Below the pieces are notes generated by a model. That model was not told the DNA's origin, ran no database searches, and saw only the letters and a list, made by a program, of their open reading frames with translations. This document shows positions 30,051 through 39,243 of a DNA stretch of 64,000 nt, one piece after another; within the stretch, counting starts at the first letter, position 1; each line of letters begins with the position of its first letter. Position numbers and translations under genes: made by a program. The stretch is from Pyrinomonadaceae bacterium (GTDB lineage Bacteria; Acidobacteriota; Blastocatellia; Pyrinomonadales; Pyrinomonadaceae): contig DASVPS010000281.1 of the NCBI GenBank assembly GCA_036389555.1, positions 7,943-71,942 on the forward strand, given 5' to 3'.

Positions 30051-30437
30051 TCAGGCATTGCCGTGACCTTCTTGGATGTGCCGGTCGAGCATCGCCGCGA
30101 TCCGGTCGAGCCGCGCATCGGTCGCAGCCCCGCGGGCATTCGCCTCGGCTATTCTTTCGTCGGTGAGTGCTTGCGATTGAGCGATCCTTTCGTCGGTGCG
30201 CGTCTGCGATTGAGCGATCCTTTCATCGGTGCGTGCTTGCGACGCAGCGATTATCTCATCGGTGCGCGCCTGCGTCGCCGCCAGCCGTTCAAAGCTGCTC
30301 GTCACGATCTGGATGAACTCGCTCTGCGTCTCCGCTTGAAGCTGCACTATCCGGTTCGTCTCCGCGATCTGCGCCTCAAGATTAGCTTGGCTCTGTAAAA
30401 GAAACTCAATTGCGCGTTCCATCTCTTCGCCGGTCAT
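30051..30437 (-). CDS. Coiled-coil protein with 11-residue (33-bp) tandem repeats
   Basis: 128-aa ORF. AATQARTDEII / AASQARTDERI / AQSQTRTDERI / AQSQALTDERI are encoded by 33-bp DNA repeats at 30140-30271. Confidence 0.6.
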   Translation of the reverse strand: MTGEEMERAIEFLLQSQANLEAQIAETNRIVQLQAETQSEFIQIVTSSFERLAATQARTDEIIAASQARTDERIAQSQTRTDERIAQSQALTDERIAEANARGAATDARLDRIAAMLDRHIQEGHGNA

Positions 30438-30488
30438 AGTTCGTCACCTCTCTTTAGCTCAAACAATTCCGTCTCCTGCGGTGAGCAA

Positions 30489-32150
30489 TTATTGCGCGTC
30501 GAGCATGGGCACGTTGATGCCTTTGGTGCGGGCGGTCTCTTCCGCTTCGTCGTAGCCGGCATCGACGTGGCGTGCGACGCCGAGGCCGGGGTCGTTGGTG
30601 AGCACGCGGTTGAGGCGGCGCGCGGCTTCGGGCGTGCCGTCGGCGACGGAGACCTGACCGGCGTGGAGCGAGTAGCCGATGCCGACGCCGCCGCCGTGAT
30701 GGAAGGAGACCCACGATGCGCCGCTCGCGGTGTTCAAGAGCGCGTTCAGGATCGGCCAGTCGGCCACGGCGTCCGAACCGTCGCGCATCGCTTCCGTCTC
30801 GCGGAAAGGCGAGGCGACCGAACCCGTGTCGAGATGATCGCGGCCGATGGCGACCGGAGCTTTCAGGTCGCCGCGGCGGACGAGTTCGTTGATGGCCTCG
30901 CCCATTTCGGCGCGCTCGCCGTAGCCGAGCCAGCAGATGCGTGCGGGCAAACCCTGAAATTGTACGCGCTCGCGCGCGAGACGAAGCCAGCGGTTGAGAG
31001 TCGAGTCTTCGGGAAAGAGTTCGAGGGCGAGGTCGTCCGTGCGGCGGATGTCTTCGCGGTCGCCGGAGAGAGCCACCCAGCGAAACGGCCCCTTGCCTTC
31101 GCAGAACAGCGGGCGTATGTATTCGGGCACGAAGCCGGGAATCTCAAAGGCGTCGGAGCACCCTGCGTCGAAGGCGAACTTGCGTATGTTGTTGCCGTAG
31201 TCGAAGGCCACCGCGCCCGCGCGTTTGAGCGCGAGCATCGCTTCGACGTGCCGCGCCATCGATGCGGTCGAGCGCGCGACGTAGCCGCGCGCGTCCACCT
31301 GTCTCAACTCGTCCGCCGCTTCCAGACTCAACCCCGCGGGCACATAGCCGCCGAGCGGATCGTGCGCGCTCGTCTGATCCGTGACCGCGTCAACGACGAC
31401 GCCCCTGCGCACGATCTCCGGCAACACCTCCGCGCAGTTGCCGACGAGGCCGACGGAGACGGCGCGCCCCTGCTCGCGCGCGTCTTCGCAAATTCGCAGG
31501 GCGTCGTCGAGCGTGAGTGCGAGTCGGTCGCAGTAGCCCGTCTGCACGCGGCGTTCGATGCGCGCGCGGTCAACATCAACGCCGAGGAAGACAGCGCCGT
31601 TCATCGTCGCCGCGAGCGGCTGTGCGCCGCCCATGCCGCCCATGCCGCCGGAGACGACGAGACGCCCCGCGAGCGTCCCGCCGAAATGCCTGTCGGCCAT
31701 CGCCGCAAAGGTCTCGAAAGTGCCCTGCACGATCCCCTGCGTGCCGATGTAAATCCAAGAGCCGGCGGTCATCTGCCCGTACATCATCAGGCCGCGGCGT
31801 TCGAGTTCGTGGAAGTGCTCCCAGTTAGCCCACGCGCCGACGAGGTTCGAGTTGGCGATCAAAACGCGCGGCGCATATTCGTGCGTGCGAAAGACGGCGA
31901 CGGGTTTGCCGGACTGGACGAGCAGCGTCTCGTCGTTTTCCAATGTCTGCAACTCGCGCACGATGGCGTCGTAGGCCGCCCAGTTGCGCGCCGCGCGCCC
32001 CGTGCCGCCGTAGACGACCAGATCGTCCGGCCGCTCGGCGACCTCCGCGTCGAGGTTGTTCATCAGGCAGCGCAGCGCCGCCTCCTGATGCCAGCCCTTG
32101 CAATTCAACTGCGCGCCGCGCGGCGCGCTAATCGTTCTCCGAGTGCTCAC
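30489..32150 (-). CDS. hutU: Urocanate hydratase
   Basis: Colinear with HutU throughout ([26 protein letters not shown]..., [10 protein letters not shown]). GTG start at 32150. Confidence 0.95.
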   Translation of the reverse strand: MSTRRTISAPRGAQLNCKGWHQEAALRCLMNNLDAEVAERPDDLVVYGGTGRAARNWAAYDAIVRELQTLENDETLLVQSGKPVAVFRTHEYAPRVLIANSNLVGAWANWEHFHELERRGLMMYGQMTAGSWIYIGTQGIVQGTFETFAAMADRHFGGTLAGRLVVSGGMGGMGGAQPLAATMNGAVFLGVDVDRARIERRVQTGYCDRLALTLDDALRICEDAREQGRAVSVGLVGNCAEVLPEIVRRGVVVDAVTDQTSAHDPLGGYVPAGLSLEAADELRQVDARGYVARSTASMARHVEAMLALKRAGAVAFDYGNNIRKFAFDAGCSDAFEIPGFVPEYIRPLFCEGKGPFRWVALSGDREDIRRTDDLALELFPEDSTLNRWLRLARERVQFQGLPARICWLGYGERAEMGEAINELVRRGDLKAPVAIGRDHLDTGSVASPFRETEAMRDGSDAVADWPILNALLNTASGASWVSFHHGGGVGIGYSLHAGQVSVADGTPEAARRLNRVLTNDPGLGVARHVDAGYDEAEETARTKGINVPMLDAQ

Positions 32151-32253
32151 TTTTAGATTCTTCCGCCCGGCGAATTACTTCGTCCCAGAACAAGTATTCA
32201 AGCTCTTCGTCAGCCGCCCTGCGGTCTTGTCACGTCCGGCTGAGATGAACCGT

Positions 32254-32421
32254 CTATTTAGCCTCTTTCAGCCCGCAACCTGTCAGAGCCTTCAAGGCTT
32301 TGATCGAGTGCGCCTTGAAATAGCCGCGCTCTCTGAGAAACAAAAGTGCTGCTTCGATGTCATCCTGCCCGGACAACATCTCACGACATGCAGGCAGTAT
32401 TGTTTCGAGGTCGCTGTTCAT
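32254..32421 (-). CDS. Possible small protein (55 aa)
   Basis: MNSDLETILPACREMLSGQDDIEAALLFLRERGYFKAHSIKALKALTGCGLKEAK*. It is below the ORF-track cutoff. The C-terminal GLKEAK resembles the L7/L12 C-terminal motif. Coding status is uncertain. Confidence 0.3.
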   Translation of the reverse strand: MNSDLETILPACREMLSGQDDIEAALLFLRERGYFKAHSIKALKALTGCGLKEAK

Positions 32422-32439
32422 GCGCGACTGCCGGGGCGG

Positions 32440-32745
32440 CTACTCGTTCTTAAAACTTCGCACGAAGTTGTCGAACCACCCGCCGCTCTGTCGCGACACC
32501 TCTTCCAGTTCGCCCTGGTCGAGCCAGATGCCGCCGCACTGCGCACAGCGATCTATGACGACCGACCCGCGCGCCTCTTCGACGAGCGTGCCGTGGCCGA
32601 GCGGGCACTGGCGTCCTTCCGCCAACCCGCGCGCCGCGGCTTCCGCCGCCATTTCCTCCCGCATCTTGTCCAGCAGTTCGCGCTCCTTGCGCCGGAAATA
32701 ATCCTCTTCAAGCGCCTTGCGCCGTTCGTCGAAAATCTCAGACAT
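32440..32745 (-). CDS. zf-TFIIB-type zinc-ribbon protein
   Basis: VVIDRCAQCGGIWLDQGELEEV is the characteristic second half of the TFIIB-type zinc-ribbon family. Start at ATG 32745 (MSEIFDERR). Confidence 0.65.
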   Translation of the reverse strand: MSEIFDERRKALEEDYFRRKERELLDKMREEMAAEAAARGLAEGRQCPLGHGTLVEEARGSVVIDRCAQCGGIWLDQGELEEVSRQSGGWFDNFVRSFKNE

Positions 32746-32959
32746 GATTCGTCTCTCCTCTGTGATGGATCGCGCGCACCTCGCGCGCCGGTGTAAAACT
32801 TGAACGCCATTGTAATAACAGAAAACGACGGTTGCACGCCACTCTCTCGCCTGCTTCGCTCCGTTCCCTCGCTTGCTTCGCCTCAGGCGAGCGCCTATCC
32901 TGTGTGTTCCCCCATACGCTTTTTCGAATCGCGCCAAACTTTCCCGGAGACTCAGTTAC

Positions 32960-33742
32960 ATGGCACTCAGCCCGCGCGCACGCATCCTGCTTCTGGCGTC
33001 TTCAATTCTGTTGGGCTTGACCGCCCTCGTCTGGTATCTCAGCAGCAAGCCGCGCTCGACGCCCGTCACGCCAATCTCTCAGCCGCCCGCGACGAGCGAA
33101 CTGACTCCTCCCGCGAACAACACTGTCGGCACGGCCGCTCAGCCCGGCGTGCCGCCGCAGACTACGGAGAGCGCGTCGCCGACGCCCGACGCTTCTGCGT
33201 CCGCGCAAGGCTCTCCGTCTCCGGCCATCACGCCGACGCCCTTTGTTAACAGCACGCCGCAAACGTCGCCCACGCCGCACGTCTCTGCCGACGCACACTC
33301 GACGAGTTCTGCGGCGGGTCTCCTGATCCCGGTCGCGGGCGTCCGTCCCGAACAACTGCAAGACACCTACACGCAATCGCGCAACGAAGGGCGCACGCAT
33401 AACGCCATAGACATCATGGCCGCGCGCAACACGCCCGTCGTTGCAGCTACAGACGGCCGCGTCATCAAACTCTTCCAGAGCGAGCGCGGCGGCATCACCC
33501 TCTATCAACTCGGCACAGACAACCGCACCGTCTACTACTATGCGCACCTCGAACGCTACGCCGACGGCATCGCCGAAAATCACTTCGCGCGCCGCGGCGA
33601 ACTGCTCGGCTACGTCGGCGACAGCGGCAACGCCGGGAAGGATAATTGCCACCTCCATTTCTCCATCTGGCTCGTCACAGACCCCAAACGCTTCTGGGAT
33701 GGCGAGAACATCAACCCCTACCCGCTGCTGACGAAACGATAA
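32960..33742 (+). CDS. M23 family metallopeptidase with N-terminal membrane anchor
   Basis: HNAIDIMA, GDSGNAG and CHLHFSIW (HxH) motifs. The N-terminal hydrophobic segment is ILLLASSILLGLTALVWYL. Start at ATG 32960. Confidence 0.85.
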   Translation: MALSPRARILLLASSILLGLTALVWYLSSKPRSTPVTPISQPPATSELTPPANNTVGTAAQPGVPPQTTESASPTPDASASAQGSPSPAITPTPFVNSTPQTSPTPHVSADAHSTSSAAGLLIPVAGVRPEQLQDTYTQSRNEGRTHNAIDIMAARNTPVVAATDGRVIKLFQSERGGITLYQLGTDNRTVYYYAHLERYADGIAENHFARRGELLGYVGDSGNAGKDNCHLHFSIWLVTDPKRFWDGENINPYPLLTKR

Positions 33743-33749
33743 GCAGACC

Positions 33750-33858
33750 GGAGTCAGAATTCAGAAGTCAGAAATCAGAAGAAAGAGCAATGGCTTTGAT
33801 TCTGACTCCCGTATTCTGAATTCTGTTTTCTCTCTTTCATCGTTTCTTTTTCATCCCT
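33750..33858. repeat. Word-based imperfect hairpin (GTCAGAA family) with trailing TTCATCG/TCATCCC words
   Basis: GGAGTCAGAATTCAGAAGTCAGAAATCAGAAG ... TTGATTCTGACTCCCGTATTCTGAATTCTG, followed by unpaired TTCATCG and TCATCCC words. Confidence 0.65.
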
Positions 33859-34040
33859 CGGCCGTCCGTTTATGGTGCGCGGGCGGGAGTGCGCGGGGCG
33901 CGCGAAACGCGAAAAGACGGTGATTATGCGCGGCCGGGGCGGTGGGAACGGATGTTGCTAACGGATGTGGGGATGCGCCGGATTCAACGGGCGCATGAGC
34001 GCGTAGGCGCGAAAGTTTTCCTAGAGGAGCTAAAGCCAGT

Positions 34041-35501
34041 ATGAAAAGAGTGTGGCGTGTGGCGGGCGGGACGATGTGCCTGTTCGCGGTGTTCATTTTC
34101 GGCGGTTGCCAGGCCGCACCCGTGTCAAACGGCAATACGGCCGCAGTGGCGACGCCCTCGCCCGCCGCGAGCGCGACGCCTGCCACAACAAGCAATGCGA
34201 GCGCGAACAATCTGCCGGTGACGTTGCCGGTGCTCGACGCCATGTTCGCTGACGAGAAATTCGCGGCCGACCTGAAGTCGGAGTTGCAACTGACGGACGA
34301 TCAGATCGAGCGTCTGCGCAAAGTCGCGCGCGAAGAGACTGGAAGTTTGCGTGAGACCGAGACGGGCGAACACAGCGGTACAACCACGGCCGCCGCGACG
34401 CGCGCCACCGAACAAATCAAGAGCGTGCTCGGCGAAGAGCGCGCGGCGCGCTTCTCCCAGTTTGTGAGCGCGCGTTGGGCGGGCGGCGAGGGCGGCACGA
34501 CGACTGCCTCCGGCAGTAAGCCGAACGCCGTGCCGACCGACACGCGCATCGTCGTCAACGCGCCCGCCTATCGCATGGACGTGTTCGAGAACGGCCAGCT
34601 CGTGAAGTCTTATCGCGTCGGCATCGGCTACCCGGAGTTCCCGCTCCCCGTCGGCCTGCGCAAGGCCAACACGATCATCTTCAACCCGACGTGGACGCCG
34701 CCCGACGAACCCTGGGTCGAATCGCCGACAAGCAAAGTGCGGGTCGGCGAGAAGGTTGACGCGGGCAGCCCGCTCAATCCACTCGGCCTCGTCAAAATTC
34801 CCATCGGCTTACCCTCGCTCATACACGGCGGCAAGTCTGCCGCCAAACTCGGCGGCTTCGCCTCGCACGGCTGCGTCGGCCTGACCAATCAGCAGGTGCA
34901 GGACGTGGCGCGCATGATGGCGAAGATCGGCGGGGCGCAGGTGACGGATGAAGACGTGGCGGCCTACGCGAAGAATCGCAAGGAGACGAAGGAAGTCAAA
35001 CTCGAACGACCTGTGCCCGTCGAACTGCGTTATGAAACCATCGTCGTCGAGGACGGCAAGCTCCACATCTACCGCGACGTGTACGACCGCGACTCGAACA
35101 CGGAGGCGAACCTGCGCGCCGTGCTCGAAGCGAACGGCGTCTCGTTCGACAGTCTGAGCGAGACGGAGCGCAGGCAGGTGTTGGACGCGCTCCGGCAGAT
35201 GGCGCGCGACGCGAAGGGCAACCCGGCCGACGGCACGCCCGAAGCTTCGCCGAGCGCAACGCCCGATGCGAATAATAAGAACGCTAACGCGAATAATAAG
35301 AACGCGAACGGAAACGCGAATAAGAATGCAAACAAAAAGACCGACGCCGAAAACGCGAAGGTGACGCGCACGGTCAAAGGCCAGAAAGAGATCGTCATCG
35401 AACTCGCCGCGCTGCGCGGCAAAGGCTACCCTGCGCCCGTCGCTCTGGACACGGGCGGCGCGACGAAAGACGCGGGCGGAAAGAAAGCGAAACGCAGTTA
35501 A
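34041..35501 (+). CDS. L,D-transpeptidase (YkuD domain) lipoprotein with low-complexity C-terminus
   Basis: Lipobox-like N-terminus (VFIFGGC) and a YkuD catalytic region IHGGKSAAKLGGFASHGCVGL. The C-terminal stretch is NNKNANANNKNANGNANKNANKK. Confidence 0.85.
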   Translation: MKRVWRVAGGTMCLFAVFIFGGCQAAPVSNGNTAAVATPSPAASATPATTSNASANNLPVTLPVLDAMFADEKFAADLKSELQLTDDQIERLRKVAREETGSLRETETGEHSGTTTAAATRATEQIKSVLGEERAARFSQFVSARWAGGEGGTTTASGSKPNAVPTDTRIVVNAPAYRMDVFENGQLVKSYRVGIGYPEFPLPVGLRKANTIIFNPTWTPPDEPWVESPTSKVRVGEKVDAGSPLNPLGLVKIPIGLPSLIHGGKSAAKLGGFASHGCVGLTNQQVQDVARMMAKIGGAQVTDEDVAAYAKNRKETKEVKLERPVPVELRYETIVVEDGKLHIYRDVYDRDSNTEANLRAVLEANGVSFDSLSETERRQVLDALRQMARDAKGNPADGTPEASPSATPDANNKNANANNKNANGNANKNANKKTDAENAKVTRTVKGQKEIVIELAALRGKGYPAPVALDTGGATKDAGGKKAKRS

Positions 35502-35504
35502 ACT

Positions 35505-36428
35505 TTAACGAAGTTCCGCGTTGCACGATGAGTTAATAAAGTTGCGCAACGCTTCATAATAAGGCGCGCCGCCAATCGTATTTGTGAGATTGTGCGGCGC
35601 GCCTTTGACTTCGTAGAACTGTTTCGGCGCGCGCGCCGCGTCGAAGAGGCGTCGGCCGAGGCGATAGGGAATGATCTCGTCGGCCTGACTGTGGATGAAA
35701 AGTTTCGGGCACGAGACCGACGCGATCTTCGAGAGCGAATCCATCTTCGTGCGAATGACGAAGCGCGGGACGAACGGCAAGACCTCTCCCGCCATGTCCG
35801 CGATTGAAGTGAAACTCGACTGCACGACGAGGCCGCACGCTTCCACCTTCGTCGCCAGATCAATCGCCACCGCGCCGCCGAGCGATTTCCCGAAGATGAC
35901 AATGTGTGCAGGCTTCGTCGCACGCGCCGTCGTCAGGTGATCCCACGCGGCGCGCGCGTCCATGTACAAACCCTCTTCCGAGGGGCGGCCTTCGCTCTTG
36001 CCGTAGCCGCGATAATCTATGATCAGGACGTTTGCGGGCAGCCGCACGAGTTCGTTGATGAAGTCGTAGCGATGCGAGATGTTGCCGCCGTTGCCGTGCA
36101 GGTAAAGGAGCGTCGTCTGCGTCTCCAGGGCTTCGAGCGCGCCGCCCGCTCGCCCGACGCGCGGCGTGGCGTACCAGCCATGCAGGCGCACGCCGTCGGC
36201 CGCCGTCAGTTGCACGTCTTCGATTCGCGCGACGATCTGCCCCTCGCGCGCACGCATCTCCGCGCGCTCCCAGACGCCCTCTGGATACTTCGCAGGGAAG
36301 TAGATGAAACTGTCCTCGAACAACATGACATACCCCACGAGGCACGCGCCGAGCAGCACACAGATGCGCGCCATGCGCCACCCGAAATCCTTGCTTGACC
36401 AGAAATTGATGACGAACCTTTTCAACAT
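35505..36428 (-). CDS. Alpha/beta hydrolase (S9/S33-like) with N-terminal membrane anchor
   Basis: LLYLHGNGGN, IDYRGYGKSEG, and the GxSxG nucleophile elbow in FGKSLGGAVA. Confidence 0.8.
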   Translation of the reverse strand: MLKRFVINFWSSKDFGWRMARICVLLGACLVGYVMLFEDSFIYFPAKYPEGVWERAEMRAREGQIVARIEDVQLTAADGVRLHGWYATPRVGRAGGALEALETQTTLLYLHGNGGNISHRYDFINELVRLPANVLIIDYRGYGKSEGRPSEEGLYMDARAAWDHLTTARATKPAHIVIFGKSLGGAVAIDLATKVEACGLVVQSSFTSIADMAGEVLPFVPRFVIRTKMDSLSKIASVSCPKLFIHSQADEIIPYRLGRRLFDAARAPKQFYEVKGAPHNLTNTIGGAPYYEALRNFINSSCNAELR

Positions 36429-36489
36429 GCGTTTTCAGCTTCGCATCAGCGCGAGAAGATTGAACGCCAGCCACGCTAAAAGTTGAAAT

Positions 36490-36561
36490 CTTTTCTTTGC
36501 GCCTCCAGCGCCTTTGCGTGAGATTAATTTCTCGCAAAGGCGCTGGAGGCGCAAAGAAAAG
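36490..36561. repeat. Perfect 29-bp-arm palindrome sharing the GCCTTTGCG(T)GAG word with 3989-4115
   Basis: CTTTTCTTTGCGCCTCCAGCGCCTTTGCG-(14 nt)-CGCAAAGGCGCTGGAGGCGCAAAGAAAAG. It lies just downstream of the hutH stop. Confidence 0.9.
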
Positions 36562-36576
36562 CATAAGGTAAACGGT

Positions 36577-38076
36577 TTAGAAATCGAACTCGCCCCGGCG
36601 GATGACGGCGGCGAGGCGCTCGATGTCGGGCGAGAGCGCGCGGTCGCGCGTGAGGCGCAGGGCGTGTGCGCGGACGATTTCGTAGGCGCGCCCGACGCCG
36701 ACGCCGGGTTTGAGCGGCGCGCGATATTCCAGTCCTTCGGCGGCGGCGAGCAGTTCGATGGCGAGGACGTATTCGGCGTTCGTCACCATTGAACGGAGTT
36801 TCGTGGCGGCGGTCATGCCCATCGAGACGTGATCCTCTTTGCCCGCGGAGGTCGGCAGGTTGTCCGTCGTCGCCGGATGCGCGAGCACTTTCATCTCGTT
36901 CAGGAGCGCGACGGCCGTCACCTGCGCGATCATGAAACCGGAAGACGTGCCGGGGTGCGCCGTGAGAAACGGGGGCAAGCCTTCGTTCATATCCGGGTTA
37001 ATGAGTCGTTCGATGCGCCGCTCGCTGATGTTCATCAGGTGCGTGAGGGCGATGGCCGCGAAGTCGAACTGGAGGGCGAGCGGCGCGCCGTGGAAGTTGC
37101 CGCCGGAGATGAGTTCGGCTGTGTCTGCAAAGACGAGCGGGTTATCGGTGGCCGCGCCCGTCTCGATTTCGACGGTGGCGCGCGCGTGTCGAAAACAGTC
37201 GCGCGCCGCGCCGTGGACTTGCGGCATGCAGCGCAAAGAGTAAGCGTCCTGCACGCGCGGATCGTTTTCAAGGTGCGACGCCCTGATCTCGCTCTCGCGC
37301 AGCAGCTCGCGCAGGTGCGCGGCCGCTTGCGTCTGGCCTGGATGGGGGCGCGCGTCGTGTATGCGCGCGTCGAAGGCGGCGGGCGTGCCGCGCAGGGCTT
37401 CGAGCGACATCGCGCCCGCCACGTCGGCCGCACGCGCGAGTTGCTCTGCGCGGCGGAGCGCGAGCGCGCCCACGGCCGCGAGCGCCTGCGTGCCGTTCAA
37501 GAGCGCGAGTCCTTCCTTCGCCTCCAACTCGACGGGGCGGATACGGGCGCGCGCCAGCGCCTCCGCGCTCGACATGCGCGCGCCTTCGTAGACGGATTCG
37601 CCCTCGCCGATCACTGCGAGCGCGAGGTGCGCGAGCGGCGCGAGGTCGCCGCTTGCGCCGACCGAACCCTTCTCCGGCACGACGGGCACGACATTGCGCT
37701 CCAACATCTCGATCAAAGTGTCGACGACTACGGCGCGCGCGCCGCTGTAGCCGAGCGCGAGGACGTTGGCGCGCAGGAGCATCATCGCGCGCGTCTCATC
37801 TGCCGCGAGCGGCGCGCCGACGCCGCACGAATGGCTGCGCACGAGATTCAACTGCAACTCGCGCAATTCCTCGCGCGGGATCGAATAATCCGACAACTTC
37901 CCGAAGCCCGTGTTGACGCCGTAAACCACGCGCCCCTCTGCCACGATGCGCTCGACCAAAGCCCTCGACGCCTCGACGCGCGCGCGCGCGCTGTCTGCGA
38001 GCCGCACGCGCTCCGCCCCGCGCGCCACCTCCGCGATCTGTTCGAGCGACAACGATTGTCCGTTCAATTCGAGCAT
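36577..38076 (-). CDS. hutH: Histidine ammonia-lyase
   Basis: MIO-forming GASGDLAPLAHLA motif, with full-length colinearity to HutH. Confidence 0.95.
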   Translation of the reverse strand: MLELNGQSLSLEQIAEVARGAERVRLADSARARVEASRALVERIVAEGRVVYGVNTGFGKLSDYSIPREELRELQLNLVRSHSCGVGAPLAADETRAMMLLRANVLALGYSGARAVVVDTLIEMLERNVVPVVPEKGSVGASGDLAPLAHLALAVIGEGESVYEGARMSSAEALARARIRPVELEAKEGLALLNGTQALAAVGALALRRAEQLARAADVAGAMSLEALRGTPAAFDARIHDARPHPGQTQAAAHLRELLRESEIRASHLENDPRVQDAYSLRCMPQVHGAARDCFRHARATVEIETGAATDNPLVFADTAELISGGNFHGAPLALQFDFAAIALTHLMNISERRIERLINPDMNEGLPPFLTAHPGTSSGFMIAQVTAVALLNEMKVLAHPATTDNLPTSAGKEDHVSMGMTAATKLRSMVTNAEYVLAIELLAAAEGLEYRAPLKPGVGVGRAYEIVRAHALRLTRDRALSPDIERLAAVIRRGEFDF

Positions 38077-38085
38077 GTAAAAACG

Positions 38086-38160
38086 GTAAATCGTGAATCG
38101 TAAATCGTGAATAGAGAAATCAGTTTACTTTCTATTCACGATTTACGATTCACGATTTAC
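38086..38160. repeat. Heptamer-word hairpin, GTAAATC/GTGAATC family only
   Basis: GTAAATCGTGAATCGTAAATCGTGAATAGAGAAA ... TTTCTATTCACGATTTACGATTCACGATTTAC. It is identical in kind to the inner module of 86-238 and 8711-8851. Confidence 0.9.
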
Positions 38161-38166
38161 TAATCT

Positions 38167-39243
38167 TCATGTAAGTGTTTCTTCCGCGACCGGCTCGCGG
38201 TCTGAGTGGCGGAGTTCGCCGGTGTCGGGTCGTTTCCATTCGCCGCTGAGGTTGCCGGTCAGGCTGCCGGTGTGGCCGGGTCGCGTGGTGCGTGTGCGCT
38301 GGCGCGCGCGCTTGGTGCGACGTTCGGTGACGCGGCGTTGTTTGGTGGCGCGCGAGAGCGTCGTCGTGACGGTGCGGATCGGGTGAAAGGAGAATTCGTG
38401 ATCCGGCAGCACCTCGCCCGTCGCCTGTTTCAGGCGCACGGTGGCGAAGGCGAAGATGAACACCACGGCGTTGAAGATGATGCCGAACATCAACATGAAT
38501 TCGCCGGAGAGCGATCCGATCCCCGCGCGCTGGACGAACATCTCGAAGCCGCGCGCGGGAAACGGGTGCAGGTAAACTTTGAGATTCCAACTCACCGCCA
38601 GCAGGATGAAAATCCACAGGTAGTTGCGGCGCAGGCGACGCCCGACGGCCTCCCACTCGCTGATGGTGAAGTGAGGCGTGCGCATGTCGGCCGCGAGGTG
38701 CTCAGCCCATTCCTGATCCGGCACGGCGCTCGGCGAGAGCAGTTGCGCAAAGTAGCCGGTCTCCAGCACGCGCACGCGGCTCGCCCAGATTTCGTAGTAG
38801 CGATAGCGGCGCGCTTCCATGAAGAGGAAGAAGGCGACGAGGATCGAGTTGATCGGGATGACGAAGTGCGGGTTCTCGGCGGAGCTGAAGGCGAAGGAGA
38901 GCGTTGCGCCCGCGGTCAGGACAGCCCAGTTGGTGGTCGTGTCGAGGCGGTTGCGCCAGGTGTTCGAGCGTTGCACCTCGCCGCGATAGAAATGCACCAT
39001 CGCCGTGTTGAATTCGGCGGGCGACAACTTGCGGCCGAGGAGCGTGAAAGAGTCTGGAGATTTGTCCGTGGGGGGAGAGGTGGCGGGGGCGGCAGTCTCT
39101 TTGGCTTGTGTGACGGGGCGGAAGCTGCCCGTGTGCTGGCGTTCGCCGCCGGAGAGTGAGCCGGTCGGTGTTCTGGGACGCATCTCAGGTTTCATCGTGT
39201 CGGTCGGTCGTCTTCCTTTGCGTGCGGTGCGTCGGCTTCGCAT
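38167..39243 (-). CDS. DUF2270 integral membrane protein
   Basis: VHFYRGEVQRSNTWRNRLDTTTNWAVLTAGATLSFAF...FLFMEARRYRYYEIWASRVR fits the DUF2270 pattern. The start is uncertain (39243, 39195 or 39183) and the ORF overlaps the alkA 3' end. Confidence 0.6.
   Translation of the reverse strand: MRSRRTARKGRRPTDTMKPEMRPRTPTGSLSGGERQHTGSFRPVTQAKETAAPATSPPTDKSPDSFTLLGRKLSPAEFNTAMVHFYRGEVQRSNTWRNRLDTTTNWAVLTAGATLSFAFSSAENPHFVIPINSILVAFFLFMEARRYRYYEIWASRVRVLETGYFAQLLSPSAVPDQEWAEHLAADMRTPHFTISEWEAVGRRLRRNYLWIFILLAVSWNLKVYLHPFPARGFEMFVQRAGIGSLSGEFMLMFGIIFNAVVFIFAFATVRLKQATGEVLPDHEFSFHPIRTVTTTLSRATKQRRVTERRTKRARQRTRTTRPGHTGSLTGNLSGEWKRPDTGELRHSDREPVAEETLT

Noticed and set aside
29899-30139. Longer N-terminal extension of the esterase ORF (start at ATG 30139 or 30058)
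   Set aside because: It would overlap the 3' end of the coiled-coil gene by up to 89 nt and translate a DNA tandem repeat. The TTG at 29898 gives a canonical signal peptide. It remains unverified.
32150-32253. Frame continuing after the stop of the 55-aa ORF (…[28 protein letters not shown]), suggesting a larger disrupted gene
   Set aside because: Two in-frame stops intervene, the segment overlaps the hutU start, and no family could be recognised. The evidence is insufficient.
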